Source: a virus (taxonomy: Duplodnaviria > Caudoviricetes). Taken from it: a stretch of 25,205 bases of DNA. The notes under the pieces were generated by a model that saw only the letters and a program-made list of their open reading frames with translations, did not search any database and was not told where the DNA came from. Shown piece after piece: positions 1 through 7,871 of this stretch. A program made the position numbers and the translations under genes. Positions within the stretch are counted from its first letter, which is position 1; every line of letters starts with the position of its first letter. The stretch spans positions 1-25,205 of IMG/VR virus record IMGVR_UViG_3300017912_002019. One strand, 5' to 3'.

Positions 1-2
1 CG

Positions 3-1079
3 ATGGGCAGCATTGTTCCATCTAAGCTGACAAATGAACCGGGTCTGGTAATTCAATACAAGCCGGGCATGGCTCCTCCACAGCCGTTGCCGTTGTCTCC
101 GTTGCCGCAGTATTACTTGGACCAGCAAGACCGTGTGTTGAATGACTGGATTGATATTTCTGGTGAGCGGGAAGTGTCACGTGGCGATACGCCTCCGGGT
201 GTGACGTCAGGTACAGCTATTTCGTATTTGCAGGAAGCGTCTAACCAGTATTTGACTCCGCAGTTCCAAAGCATCGAGGCAGGTATTGAAAAGATTGCGT
301 CGCAGACTATTGAACTGTTTGTGCAATATGTTGACTTGCCACGTAAGATTCGCACGATTGGTGCGGACGGTGCGTTTGACACGATGATGCTGTCGGGTGC
401 TGACATTGCGTCGGGTACGGATATTCGTATTGAGCCTGGTTCGTCATTTGCGAAGTCTAAAGCTGCTCAGGAAGCCCGTGTGATGGACATGTTTGCGGTG
501 GGTATTATTGACCAGCCGACAGCTGCTCGTCTGCTTGAGGTTGGTGGTGTTCAGAAGATTATGGACACGATGAACACTGCGGAACGTAAGGCTCAGCGTG
601 AAAACATCAAGATGAAAATGCTGACGATGCAGGACATTGAGATGAAACGGGCCGAGGTTATGCAGGAGACGATGGATGCGTTGCCTCCTGAAGCGCTTGA
701 AGACCCGGCTATTTTGGCTGAGTTGGAGCAAATGCCTAACCCGCTTGTGGTTCCTGTCGATGATTTTGACGTGCATGAAATGCATGTTGAAACGCACAAT
801 AAGTTCCGTATGTCGCAAGAATACGAAATGCTGCCGGATGAGATTAAAAAGCAGTTTGAAGAGCATGTGGCGACACACGAACAATATATTCAGCAGAAAC
901 AGCTGACTCAGTTCCTGTCGATGGTTCCTGGGGACGGTACGGAAGCTGGCGGCCCTCCGGCAGGAGGCGATAGTATGGAAGTACCTATCGCAGGTCCGAT
1001 GGGTCCTGGCGGGACTATGGCTCCTAATGGCGCTGTTCCCGACATGACCCCTGAACAGGAAGGAATGGGCAATGGCTGA
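3..1079 (+). CDS. Portal protein, C-terminal part (5' truncated by window edge)
   Basis: ORF open from the window start. Contains 'DISGEREVSRGDTPPGVTSGTAISYLQEA' and 'LFVQYVDLPRKIRTIG...DIRIEPGSS', typical of P22-like podovirus portals. Lies upstream of scaffold and capsid. Low-complexity Pro/Gly/Met tail. Confidence 0.85.
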   Translation: MGSIVPSKLTNEPGLVIQYKPGMAPPQPLPLSPLPQYYLDQQDRVLNDWIDISGEREVSRGDTPPGVTSGTAISYLQEASNQYLTPQFQSIEAGIEKIASQTIELFVQYVDLPRKIRTIGADGAFDTMMLSGADIASGTDIRIEPGSSFAKSKAAQEARVMDMFAVGIIDQPTAARLLEVGGVQKIMDTMNTAERKAQRENIKMKMLTMQDIEMKRAEVMQETMDALPPEALEDPAILAELEQMPNPLVVPVDDFDVHEMHVETHNKFRMSQEYEMLPDEIKKQFEEHVATHEQYIQQKQLTQFLSMVPGDGTEAGGPPAGGDSMEVPIAGPMGPGGTMAPNGAVPDMTPEQEGMGNG

Positions 1080-1263
1080 TTTTGACGTTATTGCTGACAC
1101 CACTCCGCAACTGCCTTTTGCTCCGACGCGCAATTATGGTCGTAAGACTGTAGACGAGCTGAAGACTGAACTTCAGGCAATTGACGGAACCACGTACACC
1201 GATGCTGCCATCCTTGAGATGACTTACAACGACTTGGTGTACGCCATCCGTGCGCTTTCTTAA
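1072..1263 (+). CDS. Small hypothetical protein with Rho-N/HeH/SAP-like helix pair
   Basis: 63 aa, AGGAAGGA SD, 8-nt overlap with the portal stop, capsid-like codon usage. 'KTVDELKTELQ...MTYNDLVYAI' resembles the TVxELK...MxKxELIxAI pattern. Confidence 0.7.
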   Translation: MADFDVIADTTPQLPFAPTRNYGRKTVDELKTELQAIDGTTYTDAAILEMTYNDLVYAIRALS

Positions 1264-1269
1264 ATAGAT

Positions 1270-1300
1270 TTGCACGACTAATAATTAAATATCGTATAAT
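1270..1300 (+). promoter_or_regulatory. Putative sigma70/SigA-type promoter for the scaffold-capsid operon
   Basis: Perfect TATAAT at 1295-1300 in a strongly AT-rich intergenic island. TTGCAC at 1270-1275, with a 19-bp spacer that is longer than optimal. Confidence 0.55.
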
Positions 1301-1354
1301 TAATCCAAATACAGCTAGGGCCTCACTGGGAGGTACGGCGATAAGGAGTACAAA

Positions 1355-2209
1355 ATGGACGAACCTACAGGTACAGAGGTAGAAACTTCGACGGAAGTTA
1401 CAGAACCTTCAGGGCCAGTAGAGGCAGCGGAACCTACTACCGAAGCCTCTGATGCAGAGACTTCGGGCGTAAATCCCGCTTGGGAGTCTTTGCGTACAAA
1501 ACTCGACCCTGTAAGTTTTCACTCGATTCAGGATGACCTGAAGAACTTTGACAAGAACGCGGAATCGCGTATCTCGTCACTGAACCAGCAGCTGAAAGAA
1601 TACAGCGAACTTGGTTCGGTTGAGCAGTTGCAAAATTATGCAACGGTTGCTCAGAAGCTCGACACGGAGCCTGAAACCATTTACAACGCTTTAGGTGAGT
1701 TTCTAAAGCAAAATGGGCGTTTACCGGAAACTGAAGCTGAGCTTCAGGATGCGGTTGACGAAGAGGAAAGCAATGAGGAGTCGCAGCAGGTTGAAGACCC
1801 GCGTCTTGCACAGTTGGAGCAACAGCAACAGCAAATGCAGGAGTTTCTTGCCCAGCAAGAACAGCAGCGGGTGCAACAGGAAGCTGATGCGGCTCTTGAG
1901 CAGGAAATTAGCGAACTCAAACAGCAGTATCCTGATTTTGCCGAAGAGGACGTTCGGGAAATTTTGATGCGAGCAGCGTTCCAACTGCAGACAGATGGTA
2001 AAGCTGCGAAGCTCCAGGATGTGGCTAAAGAGTACGTTGAAAACACAGTTAACCGCATTCGCGCAGTACCGCGACCAGGAGATTCAGCCCCGAAGCTCCT
2101 GCCAACGTCTGGTGGATTGCCTCAAGCGGCTCCTGATAAGTCACTTGGGCAAATGAGTCGGAATGAAGTCCAGGACTTTATTGCCGGGTCTCTCCAGCAG
2201 GGCAGGTAA
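1355..2209 (+). CDS. Capsid scaffolding protein
   Basis: 284 aa, very acidic N-terminus, Gln/Glu coiled-coil middle, short C-terminal helix. AAGGAG SD. Immediately upstream of the major capsid gene. Confidence 0.8.
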   Translation: MDEPTGTEVETSTEVTEPSGPVEAAEPTTEASDAETSGVNPAWESLRTKLDPVSFHSIQDDLKNFDKNAESRISSLNQQLKEYSELGSVEQLQNYATVAQKLDTEPETIYNALGEFLKQNGRLPETEAELQDAVDEEESNEESQQVEDPRLAQLEQQQQQMQEFLAQQEQQRVQQEADAALEQEISELKQQYPDFAEEDVREILMRAAFQLQTDGKAAKLQDVAKEYVENTVNRIRAVPRPGDSAPKLLPTSGGLPQAAPDKSLGQMSRNEVQDFIAGSLQQGR

Positions 2210-2223
2210 ATCTAGGTTTAATC

Positions 2224-2242
2224 TCCTTTCAACTAGAAAGGA
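2224..2242 (+). promoter_or_regulatory. Hairpin pairing with the major capsid Shine-Dalgarno
   Basis: TCCTTTC (2224-2230) - AACTA - GAAAGGA (2236-2242) is a perfect 7-bp stem whose 3' arm is the SD, 6 nt before ATG 2249. Confidence 0.55.
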
Positions 2243-2248
2243 AAAACA

Positions 2249-3469
2249 ATGGCTGCAACCCTTGCAACTATTGATTCCTACCTCAAGGAGGTCTACCAGG
2301 GCCGTATCCGCGAGCAGCTCAACGACGAAATTGTCGCTCTGAAGCGTATTACTCGCAGTGGTTCTGGAGTCACCAACGAGGTGGGCGGAAAGTATGTTAC
2401 TTTCCCGATTCACACCCGTCGTAACGCCGGTATTGGTTCTCGTTTTGAGAACGAGGCGCTTCCTGCTGCTGGTCAGCAGGGACACGCAGCTGCCCGCGTA
2501 GGCTTGAAGTACGCCTACGGTGGAGTTCAGCTGACCGGCCAGGCTATCAGCCTCTCTGACACCGACGCTAAGGCTTTTGCCCGTGCGCTGGACAACGAGG
2601 TTGAGGGTCTGAAGAACGACCTGAAGAAAGACATGAACCGTCAGGTGTACGGTACCGGTAACGGTGCCATTGGTACCGCTTCTGGTGCTAACACTGGCGC
2701 AACTGTCCCCGTGTACGACGCTCGCCTGTTCCAGGTGGGGGCTGTCGTTGACACTCAGACTGGTACTACCGTTGACAACAGTGACCTGGTTATCGACTCG
2801 ATTGACCTGACTGCTGGTGCCAACACTGTTACCTTCACCACCACTCCTGGTACCGCTCTCGCTGATGGAGACATCATCGTTCGTGCCGGTTCCGGTGTGG
2901 CTGCTTCTGGAAACCGCGAGCTTACTGGTCTTGCTGCTATCGTCAGCGACTCCGGAACGCTCTACAACATCGACCCTTCGACTGAGCCTGAGTGGGCTGC
3001 TACCGTTGATGGTAACGGTGGTACTAACCGCGCCCTGTCGGAGTCCCTTATGATTACGATGGTGGACAACATCCGCACCAAGGGTGGTTCGACCACTCTT
3101 ATCCTGCAGTCGCTTGGTGTTCGCCGGGCATACTTTAACCTGCTGTCGCAGCTGCGTCAGACGGTTAACACGCAGGAGTTCACTGGTGGATTCACTGGTC
3201 TTGCGTTCACCACTGACCGGGGTGAAATCCCTGTCGTGGCTGACCCGGACGCACCGCTGAACAAGCAGTGGTTTGTGAACGAGGATGCCCTCACCTACTA
3301 CCGGGACGAGGACTGGCACTTCATCGACCGCGATGGTTCGATGTGGAAGCAGGTCCGCGACTCGAACGGTGACTACGACGCTTACCACGCTCGGATGGTT
3401 GAATACCACGAGCTTGGTACTGACCGTCGTAACAGCCACGGTGTTATCGAGGACATCACCGAAGCTTAA
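2249..3469 (+). CDS. Major capsid protein (HK97-fold inferred)
   Basis: 406 aa after the scaffold, strongly biased high-expression codons, followed by a strong terminator. N-terminal 'LKEVYQGRIREQLN', backbone helix 'ALDNEVEGLKNDLKKDMNRQVYG', a Thr/Gly-rich inserted beta domain and C-terminal 'RNSHGVIEDI'. Confidence 0.9.
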   Translation: MAATLATIDSYLKEVYQGRIREQLNDEIVALKRITRSGSGVTNEVGGKYVTFPIHTRRNAGIGSRFENEALPAAGQQGHAAARVGLKYAYGGVQLTGQAISLSDTDAKAFARALDNEVEGLKNDLKKDMNRQVYGTGNGAIGTASGANTGATVPVYDARLFQVGAVVDTQTGTTVDNSDLVIDSIDLTAGANTVTFTTTPGTALADGDIIVRAGSGVAASGNRELTGLAAIVSDSGTLYNIDPSTEPEWAATVDGNGGTNRALSESLMITMVDNIRTKGGSTTLILQSLGVRRAYFNLLSQLRQTVNTQEFTGGFTGLAFTTDRGEIPVVADPDAPLNKQWFVNEDALTYYRDEDWHFIDRDGSMWKQVRDSNGDYDAYHARMVEYHELGTDRRNSHGVIEDITEA

Positions 3470-3475
3470 GCTTCG
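3460..3475. repeat. Perfect 16-bp palindrome CGAAGCTTAAGCTTCG over the capsid stop codon
   Basis: Read directly from sequence. Contains two tandem AAGCTT. Confidence 0.85.
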
Positions 3476-3480
3476 ACTCT

Positions 3481-3522
3481 CAGTGGCCCGTCCCCTATAA
3501 TGGGGACGGGCCATTGTTCTTT
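3481..3522 (+). terminator. Rho-independent terminator after major capsid gene
   Basis: CAGTGGCCCGTCCCC - TATAAT - GGGGACGGGCCATTG, a 15-bp stem with one G-U pair, followed by TTCTTT. Confidence 0.85.
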
Positions 3523-3530
3523 GGAGTCTT

Positions 3531-4658
3531 ATGGAATATAAACTTCTATTTTACCAGGCAGCTTCTGCGTTGCCTGAGGGTCGGTCTCTTTCTGATTACG
3601 AATGGGCTTTTTACCGAGACAATGCGGGTAAGGGTATCCTTACTGCTCAACTGACTGATGTGACGGACGGCCAAGTTCTGGCTTATGATGAGGCATCTGG
3701 CGAATGGATTAACAGTGACCAGACGGGTGGTGGCACTTCTGTAACTGTTGGTACGACAGAGCCTACAGGCCCTGCTACTGGCGATTTGTGGTTCGATACG
3801 ACAGACGACTCACTGTATGTATATACGGGTGCTGCGTGGGTTGAAAATCTTGGAGAACAGGGACCTGCTGGTCCCACTGGACCTAAGGGCGATACAGGCG
3901 ACACGGGAGCTGTCGGACCTGAGGGGCCCGCTGGTGTTGTTGCTGCAACGTCACCAATTACGTATGATGCGGAAACGCAGACTGTTGGTTTTGATGGCAC
4001 CGCTGTCGCAAACCTAACCAATGTTGATTATATTGGGTTTGATACGGCAGCTGCCCACGACCCTAATTTGGGTGAAATTTCGTGGGACGGTGATTTTGAC
4101 ACTCTTGTTGTTGGTGTAAACGGCATTAATTTACAGGTGGGGCAAGAACACCTTGTTCGAGTAAAAAACAGTTCTGGTTCGGTAGCAATTGCAAAAGGCA
4201 CTGTTGTCGCTTTTGCGGGGGCTGCTGGAGACACAGTTACTGTCACACCTGCAGTGTCTGACGGAACAGTAAGTAACGAATACCTTGTCGGTATTACTGC
4301 TGAACAAATTGATGCTGACGGGTTTGGTTTTGTTACACAATACGGGTTTATTGACCACATTAAAACCGATTATACGGGCTGGTCGTTAGGGACTTTACTT
4401 TACCCAGATTCTTCAACACCTGGCGCGCTGACAAATACGGAGCCGACAGCTCCAGCATGGCATAAACCTATCGCTGCTGTAACAAGAGTTAATGCTAACT
4501 CTGGACGTATTCTTGTGCGAGCCAGTACAGGCGAAATGTTGCACGAACTACACGACGTCTACCTGTCGACAATAGCAGACGGTGATTTTCTTATTTACGA
4601 TGGAACAAAATGGACAAACGAATCAACTGTTACTTGGGGACAGTTGGCGGGCAGTTAG
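3531..4658 (+). CDS. Fibre / head-decoration protein with collagen-like segment
   Basis: 375 aa, GGAG SD. Fibre-type repeats 'DGQVLAYDEASGEWIN' and 'DGDFLIYDGTKWTN', plus 'PATGDLWFDT...LYVYTGAAW' and a G-X-Y run. C-terminal 'IAKGTVVAF...LVGITAEQI...GFGFVTQYG' resembles capsid-cement/head-fibre domains. Confidence 0.7.
   Translation: MEYKLLFYQAASALPEGRSLSDYEWAFYRDNAGKGILTAQLTDVTDGQVLAYDEASGEWINSDQTGGGTSVTVGTTEPTGPATGDLWFDTTDDSLYVYTGAAWVENLGEQGPAGPTGPKGDTGDTGAVGPEGPAGVVAATSPITYDAETQTVGFDGTAVANLTNVDYIGFDTAAAHDPNLGEISWDGDFDTLVVGVNGINLQVGQEHLVRVKNSSGSVAIAKGTVVAFAGAAGDTVTVTPAVSDGTVSNEYLVGITAEQIDADGFGFVTQYGFIDHIKTDYTGWSLGTLLYPDSSTPGALTNTEPTAPAWHKPIAAVTRVNANSGRILVRASTGEMLHELHDVYLSTIADGDFLIYDGTKWTNESTVTWGQLAGS
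3852..3935 (+). repeat. Collagen-like Gly-X-Y repeat (9 triplets)
   Basis: GEQ GPA GPT GPK GDT GDT GAV GPE GPA G. Confidence 0.9.
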
Positions 4659-4672
4659 GATAAAATCAACAC

Positions 4673-5143
4673 ATGTTTAGTAACTTAGGACAGTCAGCTG
4701 GTGTATACAACGCTGACCTTGGCGAGTTTGTACGCGAAGACCACATGCGTTTTGCAGAGATTCTTAAAGATTTAAAACCAACTTACAGTCTTGTGTATGT
4801 GCCTCAAAAAGACCGCACAACCCCAGAGGAAAAACAAAAGCCTTGGGCGATTATTGAACAGCCTGACGACATGCATGAATACGTTGTGCGCTTCCTGTCG
4901 GAAGAGGAAATGAAAGAGCCACACAAGATTTTGGCGTGGCTGTTTGACGGCGATATTACTCGACACGGGGCTGACAACGTATTAAAACGTATCGAAGCGG
5001 AAGAGAATGCTAAAAAACTGCTGGAGTTGAAGCGGCAAGAAGACGAGATTGAAGATAGACTAGAGTTTGGTGCTTTTATGGCAACCGGTGGGCGGGACAA
5101 ACTTCACACTTTCACTCACAATGGCAGAAAGTTTGAGCGATGA
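4673..5143 (+). CDS. Hypothetical protein (156 aa)
   Basis: Fills the gap between fibre and adaptor, ATGA overlap with the next gene, C-terminal charged coiled coil. No recognisable family motif. Confidence 0.75.
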   Translation: MFSNLGQSAGVYNADLGEFVREDHMRFAEILKDLKPTYSLVYVPQKDRTTPEEKQKPWAIIEQPDDMHEYVVRFLSEEEMKEPHKILAWLFDGDITRHGADNVLKRIEAEENAKKLLELKRQEDEIEDRLEFGAFMATGGRDKLHTFTHNGRKFER

Positions 5144-5793
5144 GCTATTACAACCCGACCAAAACTGGTACAGACGTTGGTAATTACGTCAAACGTGTGT
5201 TTGGTGATGAATCTGGCGTCCAGCTAACTGACACCGATATTGTCCGTTGGATTAACGACGCACAAAATGAAATTGCAGAAAACAACATGGTGGTGCCCGC
5301 TAAAGCAACGGTGTCTGTCACATCCGGCACGGCAACATATTCTTTGTCGTCGGTTACTCCTAAAATAGACAGAATTGCTAGTTTGCTTCTTGACGGTCGT
5401 CGAGTGGGTAACATTCCTATCTCTCAAGCAGAAGAATCTATTTCCCTTGCCGACCCTGGTGCGGTTGAAGTGGGTGCTCCGCAGTTTTGGTACGAATGGG
5501 CTGGAGAAGTAACTTTTTGGCCTAAACCAAACCAAGATTACACAATGACTGTACGGTATTTTGCAGTACCGACGGATATTTCTGCGTTGGGCGATACGCT
5601 CACAGTTCCCGATGACTGTTTTACCGACGTGTGCAATTACGTGTTAATGAAAGCCTACGAGATGGACGAAAACCCTGAAATGATGGGGGCTAAGCAGGCA
5701 GAGTTTACGACCAGTTTGGCTGAACGTGGTGAAAAAGAGCGTATGGCTCAAAACATGACGTACGAGAAAGCCACCGTTTTCGAGCTTATTTAG
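5140..5793 (+). CDS. Head-tail adaptor (P22 gp4 / T7 gp11-like tail tubular protein A)
   Basis: 217 aa. 'DIVRWINDAQNEI', 'GTATYSL', 'GAPQFWY...FWPKP' and 'VPDDCFTDVCNYVLMKAYEMD' follow the podovirus adaptor layout. Directly precedes the nozzle. Confidence 0.8.
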   Translation: MSYYNPTKTGTDVGNYVKRVFGDESGVQLTDTDIVRWINDAQNEIAENNMVVPAKATVSVTSGTATYSLSSVTPKIDRIASLLLDGRRVGNIPISQAEESISLADPGAVEVGAPQFWYEWAGEVTFWPKPNQDYTMTVRYFAVPTDISALGDTLTVPDDCFTDVCNYVLMKAYEMDENPEMMGAKQAEFTTSLAERGEKERMAQNMTYEKATVFELI

Positions 5794-5801
5794 GAGCGGC
5801 C

Positions 5802-7346
5802 ATGCCGGGTAGTTCTGTTCAGGTAGGGCCTTTTATTGGTGGGCTCAACACGTTCAGTGACCCTACTGCAATTGCTGACAATGAACTAACTGTTTGTACA
5901 AATTTTGAGCTTGATTTGGACGGTTCCCTTAAATCACGTCCACCGATTGAAGATTTAGGCATCGATTTTCCACTTGGCACAACAGGCGACATTCATTTTC
6001 TTGGTAATTATCAGGTTTCGCAGACTGAGACGTATTTGCTTGCCAGCGATGAGGACACTAATACGTATTATTTTGATGGTTCCACGTGGAACCTTATTAC
6101 TAACACGATAGCTGCAGCGGCTTTTGTGCAATTTGACGACAAAGCGTGGCTAGCAGCACCTGTCGGCTCGGCTAATCCGGGTGGTTATTGGACCCCTAGT
6201 GGTGGTTTTACGGCCGATGCCAACATGCCTAAGGGTGAATGCATGGTGGTGTTTAAGGGCCGCCTGTGGGTCGCTGAGGGCCGCGATTCAACTAACCAAG
6301 GTACGCGGTTGTATCGGTCTCAGACGGTTGCTGACCCGTCTTTGTGGATTGCAAGTAACGATTTTGTTGATGTGGGTTCTGGTGACGGGCAAAACATTGT
6401 TCAATTAGTCGTGTACTTTAACACATTGCTTATTTTTCGGACCAGTTCAATTTATGGTTTGCAGTATACGACAGACCCGGCTGCTGCAGTTATTTCGTTG
6501 GTGGTTCCGACAGTTGGTTTGAACTCGTTGTATGCGATTACAACGTTTGAAAGTTACATTTACTTTATGTACGACGATAAAGCGTACGAATTTAGCAATA
6601 ATCGGGCAACCCAAATCAACGTAAAAACACCGTTTGCTGCTGTCGACACAACGTCTGGCTATCACACAGAATATGCAGTGTCGGAGTTTAACCGTCGTAT
6701 TGTGTTTACGTATTTTGACCAAATGTTTGTATATAGTTTGCGGACTCGTGCGTGGACAAAGTGGGAGTCGACGCAGTTTGGGTCGTTGTGCAAGATGTTG
6801 CCGCGTGCGAACGCTGATGATAAAGCAATCGTGTTAACACACAGTAATTCGGCTGTTACTTTGGGCGGTAGCCGGGTTGCTCCGTTGTTGCAGATTACTG
6901 ACGAATATGCTGACGTGTCTGAAGAGATGACGTGCAACATTCAAACGAAAAACTTTAACTATCAGGCTAGTTCGATTTATAAACGCTTGTTTTGGTGGGG
7001 TTTGGATGCCAGGTTTAAGGGCACTGTCGTGGCGACAGCTAATCCAATTACTCAAGTGTTTACGACAACGTGGCAAACTTTGTTAGCACAAACGTGGGGT
7101 GACTCTTTAACTAACACGTGGCTTAACCCGGCAAGCGCTGCTCCCGCTGTGACAAGCACAGTGACGGAGACTGCGTTGACGTTCCGCCGTATTTTTACAA
7201 AGTTCTTAAAATCACTGCGATTTAGGCAGATTTACTTTACCGTGTCGTTTACAACTACCGGTACTTCTGCGGATTCTCCTGTTAGACTATTCTCATTGAT
7301 GACTTACGTAAACGCTAAGCAAACAGTGTCTAAGGAAATTACGTAA
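5802..7346 (+). CDS. Tail nozzle (T7 gp12 / P22 gp10-like tail tubular protein B)
   Basis: 514 aa, AGGAG SD. N-terminal 'FIGGLNT...NFELDLDGSLKSRP', beta-propeller-like body ('FKGRLWVA', 'RLYRS', 'FNTLLIFR') and C-terminal 'IQTKNFNY...YKRL', 'RFRQIYF'. Confidence 0.8.
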   Translation: MPGSSVQVGPFIGGLNTFSDPTAIADNELTVCTNFELDLDGSLKSRPPIEDLGIDFPLGTTGDIHFLGNYQVSQTETYLLASDEDTNTYYFDGSTWNLITNTIAAAAFVQFDDKAWLAAPVGSANPGGYWTPSGGFTADANMPKGECMVVFKGRLWVAEGRDSTNQGTRLYRSQTVADPSLWIASNDFVDVGSGDGQNIVQLVVYFNTLLIFRTSSIYGLQYTTDPAAAVISLVVPTVGLNSLYAITTFESYIYFMYDDKAYEFSNNRATQINVKTPFAAVDTTSGYHTEYAVSEFNRRIVFTYFDQMFVYSLRTRAWTKWESTQFGSLCKMLPRANADDKAIVLTHSNSAVTLGGSRVAPLLQITDEYADVSEEMTCNIQTKNFNYQASSIYKRLFWWGLDARFKGTVVATANPITQVFTTTWQTLLAQTWGDSLTNTWLNPASAAPAVTSTVTETALTFRRIFTKFLKSLRFRQIYFTVSFTTTGTSADSPVRLFSLMTYVNAKQTVSKEIT

Positions 7347-7543
7347 TGGATAGTAGATTCCGTCAACAGTTTGTCGCCGTCCCGCAAGCAGGGGGCGGTT
7401 TTAACCCGTATGCTGCGGGTAAGAAGCATTATGGAACTGGACGGCCTATGCCTACTGTTGGTAAAGTAAAGGATAGGGCGGGTTACACGATGCGTGACAA
7501 TAAAGCTGCCGCTAGGCGGGACGCTCTGCTTAGGAGAATTTAA
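7346..7543 (+). CDS. Small basic protein 1 (65 aa)
   Basis: TAATG overlaps at both ends, AAGGA SD. Ends AARRDALLRRI. Confidence 0.75.
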   Translation: MDSRFRQQFVAVPQAGGGFNPYAAGKKHYGTGRPMPTVGKVKDRAGYTMRDNKAAARRDALLRRI

Positions 7544-7725
7544 TGGCTAAGAAAGTTTGGGAAACAAAAAATCCTAAGCCGAAAAGCGAACGGAAGTCGT
7601 TGACGCCTTCGCAGAAGTCTTCAGCTAAGGCTCGTGCGAAAGCGGCTGGTCGTCCGTATCCTAACCTTGTTGACAATATGGCGGCTGCTCGTGGTAATGC
7701 TATTAAGAAAAGGCTTTCATCGTAA
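7543..7725 (+). CDS. Small basic protein 2 (60 aa, 'GRPYPNLVDNM' type)
   Basis: TAATG overlaps, AGGAG SD, Lys-rich. I recall the AKAAGRPYPNLVDNM core from other uncharacterised small phage/bacterial proteins (not verified). Ends AARGNAIKKRLSS. Confidence 0.8.
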   Translation: MAKKVWETKNPKPKSERKSLTPSQKSSAKARAKAAGRPYPNLVDNMAAARGNAIKKRLSS

Positions 7726-7871
7726 TGTACAGGACTAAGAAAACTCAGGGTAACCGTTTGGCTCCTCAGAAAAATCGTTATGACGAGGATGAGGAAAAGA
7801 ACGCTCGTCGTAATGCGATGATGAAACGCCTGTCGGGTAAGCCTGGTAAGACTTCTTCGGGGATGTATTAA
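7725..7871 (+). CDS. Small basic protein 3 (48 aa, not in ORF track)
   Basis: MYRTKKTQGNRLAPQKNRYDEDEEKNARRNAMMKRLSGKPGKTSSGMY. Exactly fills the gap with TAATG overlaps at both ends; GAAAAGG upstream. Confidence 0.8.
   Translation: MYRTKKTQGNRLAPQKNRYDEDEEKNARRNAMMKRLSGKPGKTSSGMY

Noticed and set aside
2141-3514. 457-aa antisense ORF opposite the capsid gene
   Set aside because: Shadow frame expected from strongly biased codons in the capsid gene; no SD or recognisable motifs.
3285-3531. Possible frameshift-extended capsid fused to the downstream fibre (T7 10B-like)
   Set aside because: The fibre frame has a TAA at 3498-3500, a strong terminator intervenes and no slippery site was seen.
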